From: Paraspadella gotoi
Taxonomy: Eukaryota > Animalia > Chaetognatha
Reading direction: 5' to 3'
Length of the DNA stretch: 64,000 nucleotides
Assembly: GCA_051294375.1 (NCBI GenBank)
Contig: CM119271.1
Span: 14,638,770 to 14,702,769, forward strand
Positions within the stretch are counted from its first letter, which is position 1, and each line of letters starts with the position of its first letter. Under the pieces are notes generated by a model that did no database searches, had not been told where the DNA came from, and saw only the letters and a list, made by a program, of their open reading frames with translations. A program made the translations under genes and the position numbers. Positions 14,434-27,900 of the stretch are shown one piece after another.

Positions 14434-16836
14434 TCACAGTTCATCCCCGGCGAAAAAGTCCTTAAATTCGACGGTCCAGTCGTTGGAGACGCCCTTGAAA
14501 AACTTGACGACGCAAAAGGCGCCGACGACGGCGCCGTGCTCTCTCGACATTCCCTTGAGGCCCTCGGGAGACCCGTCCGCTTCACGGAGGTAGATGAACT
14601 CGGGAAGGTCGAAGTCCTCTTCCATGAGAATGCGGTAGAAACGGTCGCGTCTGATAACGAAGGGGATCGAGGATGATCATTGGTATCACTATCTCATTTT
14701 GTATTGTTTATTAGAATTATTATCAGTATCATCACCGACCTGGCAAGAAGCCACGGTCCGTCTTTGTGCTCGTTGGTGCAAACGTAGGGCGTGGCTTCTC
14801 TCAGAACGAAACCACATCGAAGGAGACGTAATAATTTTTGTTTCAAGCCTGGGACAAAGCTGGAGGAAATTCGGGTAGAGTTTGAGCCAGGGAAGTTGGA
14901 GGCGGCGCCTGTAAAGTTGGTGGCGGCGTTGGAGGTGGAGGCGACGGCGGAAAGGTTCGAGGCAGCTTCGGAAACATTGGAGTTAGGATTCGTAGAGTTG
15001 AAGGCGACGTCGGCAGAATTGAAGTCGATTTCGGAAGAGTTTGAAGCGGAATCGGCGGAGTCTTCGGAACGGCGCCGCGATTCGAAGACTAGGACGGGTC
15101 GCCGTCGATGCAGGGCAAAGTCGATCTCGATAATGGAACCGGAGAAGCGAACGGTGCGTAACTTTATTTTGAAAAAAGTAGTTTAAGTTATGCAATTTCA
15201 ATAAATATAAATATAATCAAACATTAAACACGCCCCACACCCGGTTGCCGTGTATCTTCAAAGATCGACAGGGCACATTCTCGATAGTTCGCAACTCCTC
15301 GCCCGAAATGAGGCTGAAAATGTGGATGGAAAGATTCTCGACAACATGAGGACCAATAAACCACTTTTTGGCAGCCAACAGGCGTTCCGCATCGATGGCG
15401 TAATCCTAGCAAAAAGGAGGGGAATCAATTTTAATAAGTGTATACTGTATAGAATAAAAAATCTCACCTCCCAGGCGAAGGTCCTTATGTTGTACGGAGG
15501 AGCCTGGTGGCGCCGCAGCGGTTCGGCCTCCGTATCGTCGCCGCAGAACCGCCAGACGCAAAGTTCAGCTCGATCTTCGGTGACGGCGACGAAATAATCG
15601 GGATGAACGTTGGTGAACTTCAGGTCGGCGTAGGGTAGGTGGAGGAGGCGACGAGGGGCTTGACAAGAGGAAAGGAGAAAAATAAGAGAACGAACAATGA
15701 TTATGTGACCACAACTGACCCACGTGAAATTGGGTCAGGTTCATAAGTAATTCTCTCTGAGCTTTCATGAATAATTAACTCAAAACCTCACCTGGTCCTG
15801 ATGCAGGCCAGAGGATCAACGGACCTGGCGAGTCACATAAGTCCAACTCCTGCAGCTGATCCCTTTAACTCACCTTCTCCACTCCACCGCCACAATTCCA
15901 TCGCCCGCGATTCCCAATGACCGATGCCGCAACCGACGGCTCCGCTGCCGGCGACTCCGCCGCTTCCGACGCGGATACTGACGCCGCTCGCGCCGCTGAC
16001 TTCGCCATGGCGGACCTCGGGCTCCAAGCCGAACAAGACCCAATCCTTCCAAATTGCGCAGCGGACGATTCTCCCGGCGGTTGGGCCGACGCGTCCTAGT
16101 CCGGACATGTCCTTCAGGCTGAGGACTAGAGCGTTGCAGTATTGATAAGGACCTGAGTAAAATGAGTCGGTTAAAGAGTTTTTTTTAATGGTCCTGACCG
16201 AAAGAAGTCAAGTATTCTGACCGAAGCAAAGGACTTTGTTTCTGAAGTCGACGTCCTTGAAGACGGAGTTGGTCTCGCGAAGTCGATGGTACGTCTCGTC
16301 GAAAAACAACTCGGGAGAATCGCGGGCGAGCTCCAAGCTGCTTCGCGACAATTTCCGGACACAATTGGAGTTACTGGAAGACGTTAGATAAGCGTTGCGA
16401 TTTAAACTCGATCCGAGAATAGATTAAGAACTCACCTGAGGTTGTCGTGGGCGTCGACGACGTGATGGACAAATCTGTGAATCAACGTGTCAATCAGGAA
16501 GACGTCACCAGAGTTGCTGTCGATTTTTCGAGCGAAGGCGTCTTCCATACTGAAGACAGAAAAAGATGAACGAGCATGTACTAGGCCTCCATATTGCATC
16601 AACCCAGCTTTCCCTCGTTTAACTCACCGATACCCGTTCCACTTGATGAACTTTTTCATCTTAAAGTTCCACTTGAGCGACGAGGAATCGTCCATGACGC
16701 GGCGCCAAGATTTGCAGACCATCGAAGCGGCGCCGAAATCCTCCGCGCGAAGATTCAAGAGAATTTTGATGAAGATTTCCGGCGGCATCGCGAATTCGCC
16801 GAATTTCGGCGCTAAAGGCTCCATCGCTGTCTCCAT
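14434..16836 (-). CDS. F-box protein with an unassigned C-terminal region, about 9 exons
   Basis: F-box MPPEIFIKILLNLRAEDFGAASMVCKSWRRV. The first joins checked (16627/16549, 16436/16373, 16221/16152) are in frame. The 3' end is less certain. Confidence 0.72.
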
Positions 16837-17523
16837 ATTTCACTGTGGGAACTCAAAGCTTTCAACTTCTTTGATTTTTTTTTTTTCGTTAAGTTTTATT
16901 CCATTGTTTTGTGGAGGAAAAAATGCCTGTAAAACGGATTAGGACAGAGGGTTTTAACGTAAGATCACCGGAATCGGAAAGGCTATTTTTGAATAAAAAG
17001 ACTTAAAAGTTGACACTAGAAAGCAAAAGATTGCTTTTAATGATGGTTAAACCACCGGTAGCAAGCAATGAGTCACAAATAAGACTAGCTGATCAATAAC
17101 AATTAAATAAAATCAACGATCAGTGAGCGCAACTTCATTTTTAAAATATAAAGTACATGTATGTAAGTGGTATTAGGCAACATTCACTTGATAAATAAAC
17201 TGTCGCCAAGAAGCAGAAGAAGAAATACAAAGTTTTTAGATCAAGAATGAGATATTTTTACCTCGTGTCGTGGAGAAAGATGATGAGAATCCGACCTCAC
17301 CTTCGAAAGCATTTATTTATTTACCAAAATAAAGGTTTTAAAAAGTAAACCAAACATTGGAACTCTTCCTCGCCAGTCTCGCATTCATCAACACAAACCC
17401 TGTGAGTCAGGATTCTGAGCAACTTTCTACATCGTGATTCGTGAGGTATCACTATTTCCCAAAACAACTCGATCTAAAATTCATTTTTTTCTTTTCACGT
17501 CTCGAGAGAGAGAGAAATAAAAA

Positions 17524-19961
17524 TCATCTGGTTCTCTTGGCGAATCTCTTCGCCTCCTTCTTCAGTCTCTTCAACTGACGCTTCTCCTCCTCCTCATCCT
17601 CTTCCTCATCGTCTATACGGAACTCGTCGCCATCATCATCATCTCCGTCACCGTCGTCGTCTTCGGACGAGGTCGTCGAGGTTCCGAACGTCTCGTCGGG
17701 ATCCAAATCGGAATCGTCGTTGATGAAAGAGGATTCGTACTCGTCGTCTTCGTCGTCGTCTTCGTCGTCCCCGCGTCTTTTCCGCTTGGTCGCCTTGACG
17801 ACGGCCCGGCGTTTCGGACGCTCGCCCGGTTTCGGGTGATAAAAATCCCGACGGTGTTGCGGGTTTTTCCTGCAACAATTTTTTTTTTTTATTTAAATAA
17901 TGACATGAGCCATTGAGCCATCCCGTTATAATCAGCAGCTTATAATCAATAATCACCTGTAACAATCGGCCCCATATTCGCATTCAGGCTTCCTCCCCAC
18001 CTCCTCTTCCTCCTCCTCATCCTTTCTCTCTTCCCAATCTTCGTCCCCCGGATGACACGACTCAACAAAATGAAGAGGATTTTTTCGATAGCAATCTTTG
18101 CCGTAAGGACACTTCGTTCGTTTCGCGGTTTTCGAAGACGTCGCCCCGCTTGACGAGGCGCTCGTCGAAGCTTGAGGGCGTTTGGGCGTCGACGTGGTAG
18201 TGTCAGCGGCGCCGCCTCCCGAGTCTCTTTTCTTCGCCGGCGTCGAAGCCGAGTCGCGACCGTTGGAGACGTTGAGCGGTGACGTCGGGGGAGTGGCTTC
18301 GTCCCAACTGTCGACGTCGTCGAAATTCGTCGCTCCTTTGACAGGAGACCGCGAAGGAGGACCAGAGCCGGCGCCGCGTCCGCCATTGTTCTCTTCGTCT
18401 CTTCGTTTCGCCGGAGAATCGTCCAAGACGCTCGCCAGCGTTCCCAAGTTAGCGTCGGAGAAAATTGAAGAGGGCGGCGGCGGCGGCTTCGAAGGCGTCG
18501 ACGTGGAGGGTGGAGCCTCGATTCTTTGATCGAGACTTTCGTCCTTGGAAAAAATGCTAGGAAGAATCGGAGCAGCGGAGGTTTTCGTCGCTGCCGCTGC
18601 CGATACCGCAGACGCCGCCGCAGACGCCACGGCCGACGCCTTCGAAGTTTTAACGCGTTGATTAGGTTTCGCCTTCGATTCTTTCCGTTCGACATCGTCC
18701 GTAGACCTCGCCTTCAATTCGTTCGTCTCTTCGGCGACGCGGCGTCGATTTGTCGCCGCCTTTTTCGGCGCCGCTCTCTTCGGCGTCGGTTCTTCGTCAC
18801 CTTCGCCCAAATTCATCCACCAAGACGGAAGGCGTCGTTTAAGTTTTAGATATGGAGTCGAGGAAGATTTCGGAGCGAAATTTCGCTTGGGCGACGGTTT
18901 TTCGATCCTCGATCCGAAGGCGTCGCCGTCCAACCTTGACTTCGCGTCGTCACGGTCAATCGTCGACTTCGCGACGTCGCAATTCTTCGATATTTCGACG
19001 CCGAACGTAGACCCGGCGGCGTCGTCGGCGTCGCCGATCGGAATCGCCTTCGAATTCCGAGATTCGATCGAAGTAGAAATTTTGTTTTCGGAAGAAAACA
19101 AAGTCGGTCGTTCGACGCCGTTGTTCGATAATTTCGTCGGAGAAGAAATAAGAAATTCTTCGTCGTCGTCGTCGTCGTCTTCGCCTAACAACATCGTCGC
19201 CGCGACGGCGTCACGATCTGCTACGCTTCGATCCTCCTTGACAGCTTTTTTTTCAAAAGGAGCCTCGCATCGCGAATTCGTTAAAAAATCCAAATCGTCG
19301 TCTTCTTTGTCGAAGAAGGAGCGAGTCTCGGGCGCTTTATCCTCGGCGTCGATGCGAAGACTAAAGAGGGCGCCGTCTCGAGAGAAGCGAATGGCGTCGC
19401 CGTCGAAGACTTGCAGTCGGTCGCGGACGCCGTCCGACTTTTCGTTGAGAGTCTCGGCGCTCACGTCAGCGTCCCAGAAATTCTGTTTCCAAAGGGAGAT
19501 TACAAAAAATAATAAGCCTGATTCATTCTCAATCTATCTCGATCAATATCTGGCCAAAAAAAAAAAACCCAAATTGTAACTCTCGCGGTCTCTGATTGTA
19601 GAAACTTAGCCCAACTACTATGCAGACTAATGTACCTTGTACTACATAGTGCATACTAAGCAATCATCACACGATCCACACAAACCTGGTCAATGTTCTT
19701 CGCATCCTTCCTGACGACGTAACAAGGATTCGAATGAGTAGCGACGAGAAAGACTCCCGCTCCCTCTTCTCCTTCTTCCATCTGCAAAAACGCGTGTTGC
19801 CTCGAGAGAAACGGGTCTCTCTTTGCCAATCCCGCCTTCAACGAGGCGCGACCCAAGACGAGGCTCAGTTTCGGAAAAGAGGGACGACGAAGGATCTCTC
19901 TTCCGTCGACGGAATGAAGAGTCCACGTCGGTCGGTCTTTCAGCGCAGATTTGGTCGCCAT
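17524..19961 (-). CDS. APLF: Aprataxin and PNK-like factor (FHA, two PBZ zinc fingers, acidic tail)
   Basis: FHA-like LVLGR...DPFLSRQHA...THSNPC, RRLPSWW Ku-binding-like motif, CPYGKDCYRKNPLHF..CHP, CEYGADCYR and the acidic tail ending LKKEAKRF. Confidence 0.92.
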
Positions 19962-20381
19962 GGCGATCGAAGAACGAAAAAAGAAAATGGTTTAATCCAT
20001 GGCTTTTATTTAGCTAATTGGGGCAGCGTTATTGTTATTTTGCCATTTAAATTTGGCAAAAACAATTCCCGTGAGCCTGTGTTGTATAAAAGAACCGTAG
20101 TAAAAATACTAACAAATGGGATTCAAATTAACAAATGAGATGTTTAGCTTCAAAAATGCGAGGGGGATTAAAAGGAAAGGAGACAAATAAATTTTATTAT
20201 CTCGAATTTTATCAATTTTTAACCGATTTTAAATTTTTAGCAATTTGTCTTTCTCTTTCCCTCCGAAAATGATTAAATTTAACGGTAGAAACGATGATAA
20301 CGAACGACAATTGTTCAATGTTCAATCAACAATAAAGACATTAAGGCGAAGAAGTAGGAGAGAAAGAATCGCTCTCCATCA

Positions 20382-23300
20382 TCACTTGACGGTGATGCTG
20401 ATGATGTTGATGTCGTCGAAAGGTTTGTCGTTCTTCTTGTTGACTCTGGCCAGCGACATCTTCTGCACGACCTCCATGCCCTTGTCGACGCGGCCAAAGA
20501 CGGTGTGCTTATTGTCCAACCAGGGCGTCGGCACGACGGTGATGAAGAACTGACTCCCGTTCGTGTTGGGGCCTGAGAGAGGAAAGAAAAGTCCACGAGA
20601 AATGTCCACACGCGGACAAAAGACAATCCATAAACGTTATCGTTTGAGGTTTGACGAACCCGCGTTGGCCATGGAAACCGTGTAGGGCCGGTCGTGCCGA
20701 AGCGAAGGATGAAATTCGTCTTCAAACTCTCCGCCCCAAATCGATTCCCCGCCGCAACCAGTACCTTGAAAGAGGTAAGTGTGATAGATAAAACTCTCTT
20801 CAAAAAATAAAATTCTTAAGCCCTGTACCTTAACTTACTAGTAGGATCCCCAGTTTGGACCATGAAGCCTTTGATGACCCGATGAAAAAGGTGCCCATTG
20901 TAGTATCCCTCCCGCGCGTGAACCACGAAATTTTCGATGGTCTTGGGACATTCTTTGTAAAAGAGACGAATCTGGGAAAATAAAAATGAAAATTGTTGAG
21001 GTTTAATGTGCGCGCTCTTTCTCTCTCTCTCTCTCTCACGTGAATGTCTCCGACGGTGGTGTGAATGACAGCGTTCCCGGCGAGGCGAGCGGACGAGGAG
21101 TCTTCGGTGGCGGAGACAAGTTCCTCCTTAGACGGTTTTTCGTTGAAAACGTCGCGGTCTATGTAATAATATAATATTGGTTTATTATTCAGTTATTATC
21201 ATTTGATTTTCTTTCACTCCAAACGCCTGACCCGTGGACGATGAGTTTTCGCCCTTGCACCACTCGGGCTCAAACTTGGTGAAGAGGTAGAACCGATTCT
21301 TCTTGAGCCCCGTGGCAAAAAGGATGGGGTCCGCGAAGCCGTCTCCCTTCAGCCCCGGGTTTTCCGAAGAGTGCATCTCCATCGTGAGCGAAGCTTTGGA
21401 AGAGCTCGTCAAGGATCGCTGCAGCATCGCCAGTTGGAGGAATCTTGGGGAATGAAGAACTCAATTGGTTTGGGCTTCTCTAACAATCCAAAACCAAATA
21501 AAATACTTGAATATTTGAATTAAAAAACTAAGAACGATAGAAAAGCTCCAACAAAACGATTATAGAACAGTTGTATCGGACTCAACCTTCGTTCAAAGCA
21601 GCTTGTGTGAATCTATGATAAGAATAGAAAAAAATAGCCTTTTTAAAATGTAATCACCTTGCGTTCTCCATCTTGCCCAGCATGGCGGCAACCCTGTTGG
21701 TGACGAGGTTGACCACTTTGATGCCTAGCATTGTGGCGTAAAGAAGAAAATGGCCCGACTCGTCGAAAATGACGTTGGCGCGGTCCAATCCCTGGAGAAC
21801 ATGATCATAATTGAATAATGACGTTAAGAAGACCAAAAACTGATAAACATTAATAACAAAAAATAAAAATAAAAAAAACACTTTTTCGTCACCTGATTCC
21901 TGTCGATCTCTTTTTCAACGGCCATCCGGCGACCAAACTCCATATTGGGGAGTTGTTGTTTGCTCTGCTGCAGTTCCGAATACTAGGCAATGGAATAAGT
22001 GCGATGAAATGAAACGTTAGTAATCTGACTAATTTTGAAAATGCTAAATATAAACTAACCCCCCCTCTTATCGAAGGCCATTGTCCCGACGGATCAACTA
22101 ACCATTATAACCAACCTGCTTGAGGGTCTCGTCGACGACCTTCTTTAGCTTTCCCGAAGCAGAATCGAAGACCCTGACTCGCCGATCGACGGACATCGTG
22201 GCGAAGGACTTGCCGTCCGGACTGAAGGTCAGGTCGGGCGACCAAGTCTTACATTTTACCAACTCGTAGAGGTCAGTGTCGGTCTTGAACTCCCACGTGG
22301 CGGCGCGAGGGAAGGCGTAGTCGTTGCGAGGACCCGACCAATACTCCAGCATGCCGTTCTTGTCGCCTGATGTGTGAAAGTGACGATTCGATATATGTCG
22401 AATGGTAAAAAGAGGAGAAATCACAAACAGGAATAACAAAAAGGTTTAGGATGCAGAGAAAACCAGTTGAATATTAATTCATAACCTCCAGAAAGGAACA
22501 ATGGGAGTCTAAAAAGCAAACTCTTTTCCACACAACATTCACCGCCCCATCGTACCGGAAATGACGAGATCCTCGACGGGATTGTACTTGATGAAGGCAA
22601 TCTCAAACGAGTGGAGTTTCTCGACGACGTGGATGGGAAGAGCGTCGCCTCGACCGTTGAAGACGCTGATCCGGTGAGACTCTTTGCAGGCGACGGCCAG
22701 GGCGCTGATGGCGTCGCCGCTACCGGAATAAATTAAGGAAGAGTTTTTACCATGGATCATATGAGAGATTTAAATTTTTACTAAACCGGATCACAAATAG
22801 TTTCCAGTTACCTGTGATAAATCCATCCGCAACAAGCGGGCGTAAAGTCCAATTTGATCATGTTAATCATGTCAAAGTTGACGACGTCGAAAACCTTGCA
22901 AGTTTTCTCTGGAGACACCGATGCCGCCAACGCCCCGTCGGGGGAGATCTAGGAAAAAAAAAAATATTTGCTTTTTACGGTAAAAGGGCACAACCCAGTT
23001 TTTTTATTCTCCATATCCTTCTTTACTTGCATGTCCTGAACGGCGGCGAGGTGAGTTCGAAAGTGTTTGACAAACTCGATCCCACGCTGACCCTTGCCGC
23101 TCGTTTCCGACGAGGACGACGACCCAAGGAGTTCCATGTCGGCAGCGCCGCCGCCGCTCGCGTCGCCCGCGCCCGGCGTCCTCCGCCTCGATTTTGTGCC
23201 AGAATTTTACGTGACCATCCTGAGATGGGGGGAAAGTATTAAAAATTAGCTGAAAAACCTGATTAAGTTATTGAATATTTTTTTTTTTCAATTTAAAATC

Positions 23301-24155
23301 GAACCTGAGACGCGGTCAACAAAAAGTTGCTCTTTTTCGATACACAGAGGTGAGTGACGATCTCGCGATGCATGAACGATTTCTCGTAGGCCTGGGATAA
23401 GTTAATATCGCATTGCATGAAAGAGATGATTATTTAATTATTTACAGCTACAATAAACTTCACAGAAAACTAACTATCGACTCAGGGTCGCACCTGGGCC
23501 GATGGGAGATTGTTGAGATACGCCTTTTCAAAGGGAAGAGCTTTCTCTTTTTCGTCGTCACCGCTTCCGAGGGCAAAGGACCGATCCAGTCGTCGTCGTC
23601 GTCCTCGACCGCCGGTGGTTGATGTTGTTGTTGTTGTTCCTTTTCCTGCTCATCGATTTCTTTCGCGACTTTTCGCTTCCGTTGTAGAAACGTTTTCTTT
23701 CCTCCCCTCGTTCGCTTTCTCTTCCCCGTTTCATCGTTCAATCGATCTTTATCTTTCGTTTTCTCCATCTCCCTTTCCTCGCCTCCCTCTCTTTCCTCCG
23801 ACGCGAGTCTTTCCTCCCTTCCTCCTTTTTCTTCTTGGGCGAAGTCGCCTCTTTCCCGCCTTTCGAGTCACGTGACAGATTTCGTTTTCGCGTCGATTTC
23901 TTTTTCTTTTCTTCTTCTTCCTCGTCGGAGGAAGCGGAGGACGACGACGAAGACGACGACGACGATTCCTTCTTTTTAAGTTTTCTCTTTTTTGACGAAG
24001 AAGAAAGACGACTTATTTCTTTTCTTTTTCGCTTCCTCCTTGGAGGAAGAGGATTTGTTCCTTTTCTTTTTCACTTCTTCCTCCTTTGACGAGGAGGAGG
24101 AAGAGGAAGAGTCGGAATCGCTGGACGAACTAGAGCTCGATTCAGAGTCAGACAT
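20382..24155 (-). CDS. PPWD1: Peptidylprolyl isomerase domain and WD-repeat protein 1; the 5' part has apparent frameshifts
   Basis: [53 protein letters not shown] and cyclophilin [15 protein letters not shown]...[23 protein letters not shown]. The start at 24155 is tentative. Confidence 0.93.
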
Positions 24156-24991
24156 TTTTTTTAAATATCAGTTTGGATGAACGTTAATGTTTATGTTTAC
24201 CTGTTCAAGTTTTAACGGTCGAACTAATTATTTTCATTAAAAGTAACCAAAAAAAAAAAAAGCTAATAAATGTATCGAACGCGACGAGCGTAATGTTAAC
24301 TAAAATTAAACTTACGAACAAAAAAATTAACAAAAAGTTTTATGCAAAGACTGATGATCATATTTTACTTTTCGTTTCGGAACAAAATTCGACGATCGAG
24401 AATACAAACAAAAATCCATAAAATGACAAGTCGCAGAGAAAAGAGTGTGACGAATAATCGCGGGTCATCGTGGAATTAAAAATAACTTAAATAAAAACTT
24501 GATTTTTTTTCTATTTTCATGTCGGGTAAGTCAAAGTTGTCGAAATTGGATGAAAGAAATAGTAAGGAAAGGGAGAATTAAAGGGAAAGAAAAGAGAATG
24601 ATTGAAAAAAGTCATAAGCTTCTTTCTTAAAAAAAAAAAAAAGTTAATGAAAAGATTCGACATCAACGCGCAGAAAATATCGTGTTGAAAGGGATAATAT
24701 TTTAATTGATTTGTATCAATAAACTTGGCTTGATTCGGAATGAGGTGGGGGGAGTTGGGGAAACCATGAGAGGAGATTCTTGACTAAATAAATATTTCGG
24801 AAGGACGAAGGAAAAATGACTTTTAAAAAGTCAAAAAAAAAAAAATTGCTGAATATTATGATGGAGGGATGGGAAAAGAAGGGTTGGGTGGGAGCGATAA
24901 GGGGGGCGGGAGTGGAAGCGAGAAGGGGGGCGGGGTGGGGGTGGGAAGCGAGAAGGGGGCGGGTTGTGAGTTTCTTCGCGCTTCTTTTTAT

Positions 24992-27900
24992 TCACTTTAG
25001 TTGCTCGTAGTATTTGTTGAGTCTTTTGGAGATTTCCTCGGAGACGAGTTTCCACTGTTGACCGTGACTTGCGTCAACTTTGTCCGGGTGATAGTCTTGA
25101 ATCACTTTTAAAAGGAGGTGCTTCACCTGAGAGCGAAAAGAGAAAAGGAAAATGTATTATTGTTATGCAAGCTGTTTGGGCGATACGAAGATGGGTGACC
25201 AACATTTTTGCCTCCAAAATCTATCCCTAATTAGTAATTATCCAATATTGAGACAAGGCGCACCTTCTTTTTGGCCTCAGGTCGTCGGTCGTTGACGAGA
25301 ACTTTGAACCTCGTCATCTCCTCTTCGCCGAACCTAAAAATAATTATAATATAATATTAATTTTCTCTACATCAATTGTTAGTATTTACGTACAAGTATA
25401 AGTTGTACAAATTTCTATAATATAACCAAAAACCTTCGTTTATCCTTGGGCGGAAAATTAGAGTAGACGAAGGGAATGAGAAAGGGAAGTCCGTGATCTT
25501 TGGCGTTGATCTGTCGAATGATCGCCATCTTGACGTCTTCTTCAGTCGTCGCCCCAGACGCCGCCGCCTGAACTGACGCAGCAGGCGCCACGGGGGTGGA
25601 AGCGGCGCCGGCGCGATACCCCGATCTTTGGAATCGGAAACAATTTATCACAGAAAAGTTAAACGAGAAAATTTCACCCTTCATTTTCGCAGAACTCGTC
25701 CGGCACTTCAAGACTCACCTGTTGGCTTGGGCGGCTTGAGCGGCGGCCATGGCGGCGGCTTGCGCGGCGTAAGGGGAGTGCATTTTCGACCCGACGCCGT
25801 CGGCCTTGTTGCCCAACATGTTGTAGAGGTGAGCGTTGTACCTAAGAGTTGGAGTTGATTAAAGTAAGAATGAAGGTGAGGACAATGAGAGACTTGGGGG
25901 GGGGGGAAAATGCAGGAAAACTACCTCGCCTCCTGCTCTAATCTCTGTTTGCTCTGCTGCTGCTGACTTCTCTTGATGCGCTCCCTCTCGGCCTGCATCC
26001 GGGCGTGATGTTCGTAGGTCTGAATGATGGTCTTCATCCGTTGGTAGACGAACGCTTCGTGACCCGACTGAAAGACAAATTGATGCCGGGATATTGATTG
26101 TGGATATTTTCTTCTTGATTACAATTTTCAAACGTTTATCACGATAATTGAAAAGACAAAAGGGTTACATATATTCTTCAAAAAAACCTGCAAATGAGGA
26201 TTGGCCTGATATATCATCTTCATGACGGTCATCTCGGCCTGGACCCGCTGAGGCGCCGCCATCTGCGCGATGTACATCAAATACTGGGAAATGGAAGGGT
26301 TGATGTTGAAGTTGACGGACGCGTTGGGGAGATTTAATCCGGGGAATTGCTGGAAGTTGGCCCCGGGCTGCCCGCTCCGGTAGCCGGTCTTCTTCTCCCT
26401 TTCGAACTCTTCCCAAGCGGCCTTTCGTTCTTCCTCCGTCAATTGATCCTCGACTTTGTTCTCGAGGAGAGAATCATGCTCGTGGTAGTGATAAATCCAC
26501 TTGGTCATGTTCTTCAGCATGTCCGCTAACAGACTGATGATGATGGTGTCGGAGGGGTAATCGAGTATTTATCAAGTACTACGTAATATTGCTGGAACAG
26601 CTCTTATGGCTTTCGACTCACCGATCTTTGGGAAGCACGGGGGTGGGCGGCTCTTTGCGGTTGGGATCGTCCAGTCGGTCAGGCTCGAAACGATAGAGCT
26701 CTTGAAGCTCCTGGTAATGGAGAAAACGGAATTTAATAAAATAATGGATACTTTTTATACTGGTTGTATCAATTTCATAACATAATATTAATTAAGTAAA
26801 GGCTGTATGTTCGTCCGAGTTTTGCCAATTGCAAATGGTAAGGTAAGCAAGATTCTCACGTGGAGGTTGAAATGTCGATCGATTTGATGTTCGTCGATGA
26901 CGCGTTGAGCCAACGATTGTTTCGTCACTTGACGATCGTAGATCTTCTCCTCCATCGTCGCCTGATAAATCAAGGGGGAATGAATCGAGAGCGCGATAGA
27001 GACAGAGTCAACGGACAACGATCGAGTCCGAACCTGCGCGATCAATCGGTAAATGTAGACGGGTTTTGGCTGACCGAAGCGATAGACTCGAAAGATGGAT
27101 TGGATGTCGTAGGATGGATTCCAGGAGGCGTCGAAGATGACGACGCGATTGGACGCCACGAGATTCACGCCGAGGGAACCTCATTGGTTTTAAACAGTCG
27201 TTATTAATCATCGCCCCTTTTCTCCTGGAGAGAAACATCCCTGTATCCTATTATTATTTAAACTTTACCTGCTTTCGTGGAGATGAGAAAGAGTCGGGCT
27301 TGGCTGTTGTCGACGTCGTTGAAGAGCGCCATCTGCTTCTGGCGAATGTCGGTATTGGTGGCGCCGTCCATCCGGAAATAGTCGTTGCCTGGAGACCAGC
27401 CCCAAATCGCCGAGGCGCAATTCTCGTTGAGATTTCCCTAGGAATTTGAGTGATTGAAAGTGATATGAACGCATAACGCCGAAGAAAGGAATGGTAACTT
27501 ATTTTTTTAGTAATCTCATTTGCATATTGAGGAAAGCGTAAATAATAAAATATGGATTATGTTTTCCTAAGGTAATCGATCTGAATATTATACATTATTG
27601 TGGGGTTAAAAATAAACGTTACACAAATTCCTGGTATGCTGACGAACAGAACTCTTTTTTAATTAACTTTTGAACCCACCCAGCAAATGCTTGGCTCCTA
27701 GGATCACCAAATGTTATTAAGTCCTTAAATGACTTTGATCGATTTCTAGATTTAACTGTTAAAGAAGATGCGACTTACTTACGTCACTTGAAGTTTCAGT
27801 CACATTGTCACACAGTCATATTGTCCTGTTTTGATTTAATATTAGTACGTCGTACATTTTGTATATTTCCCGTATTCTGCTTGGCAGGTTCCTCACCTCC

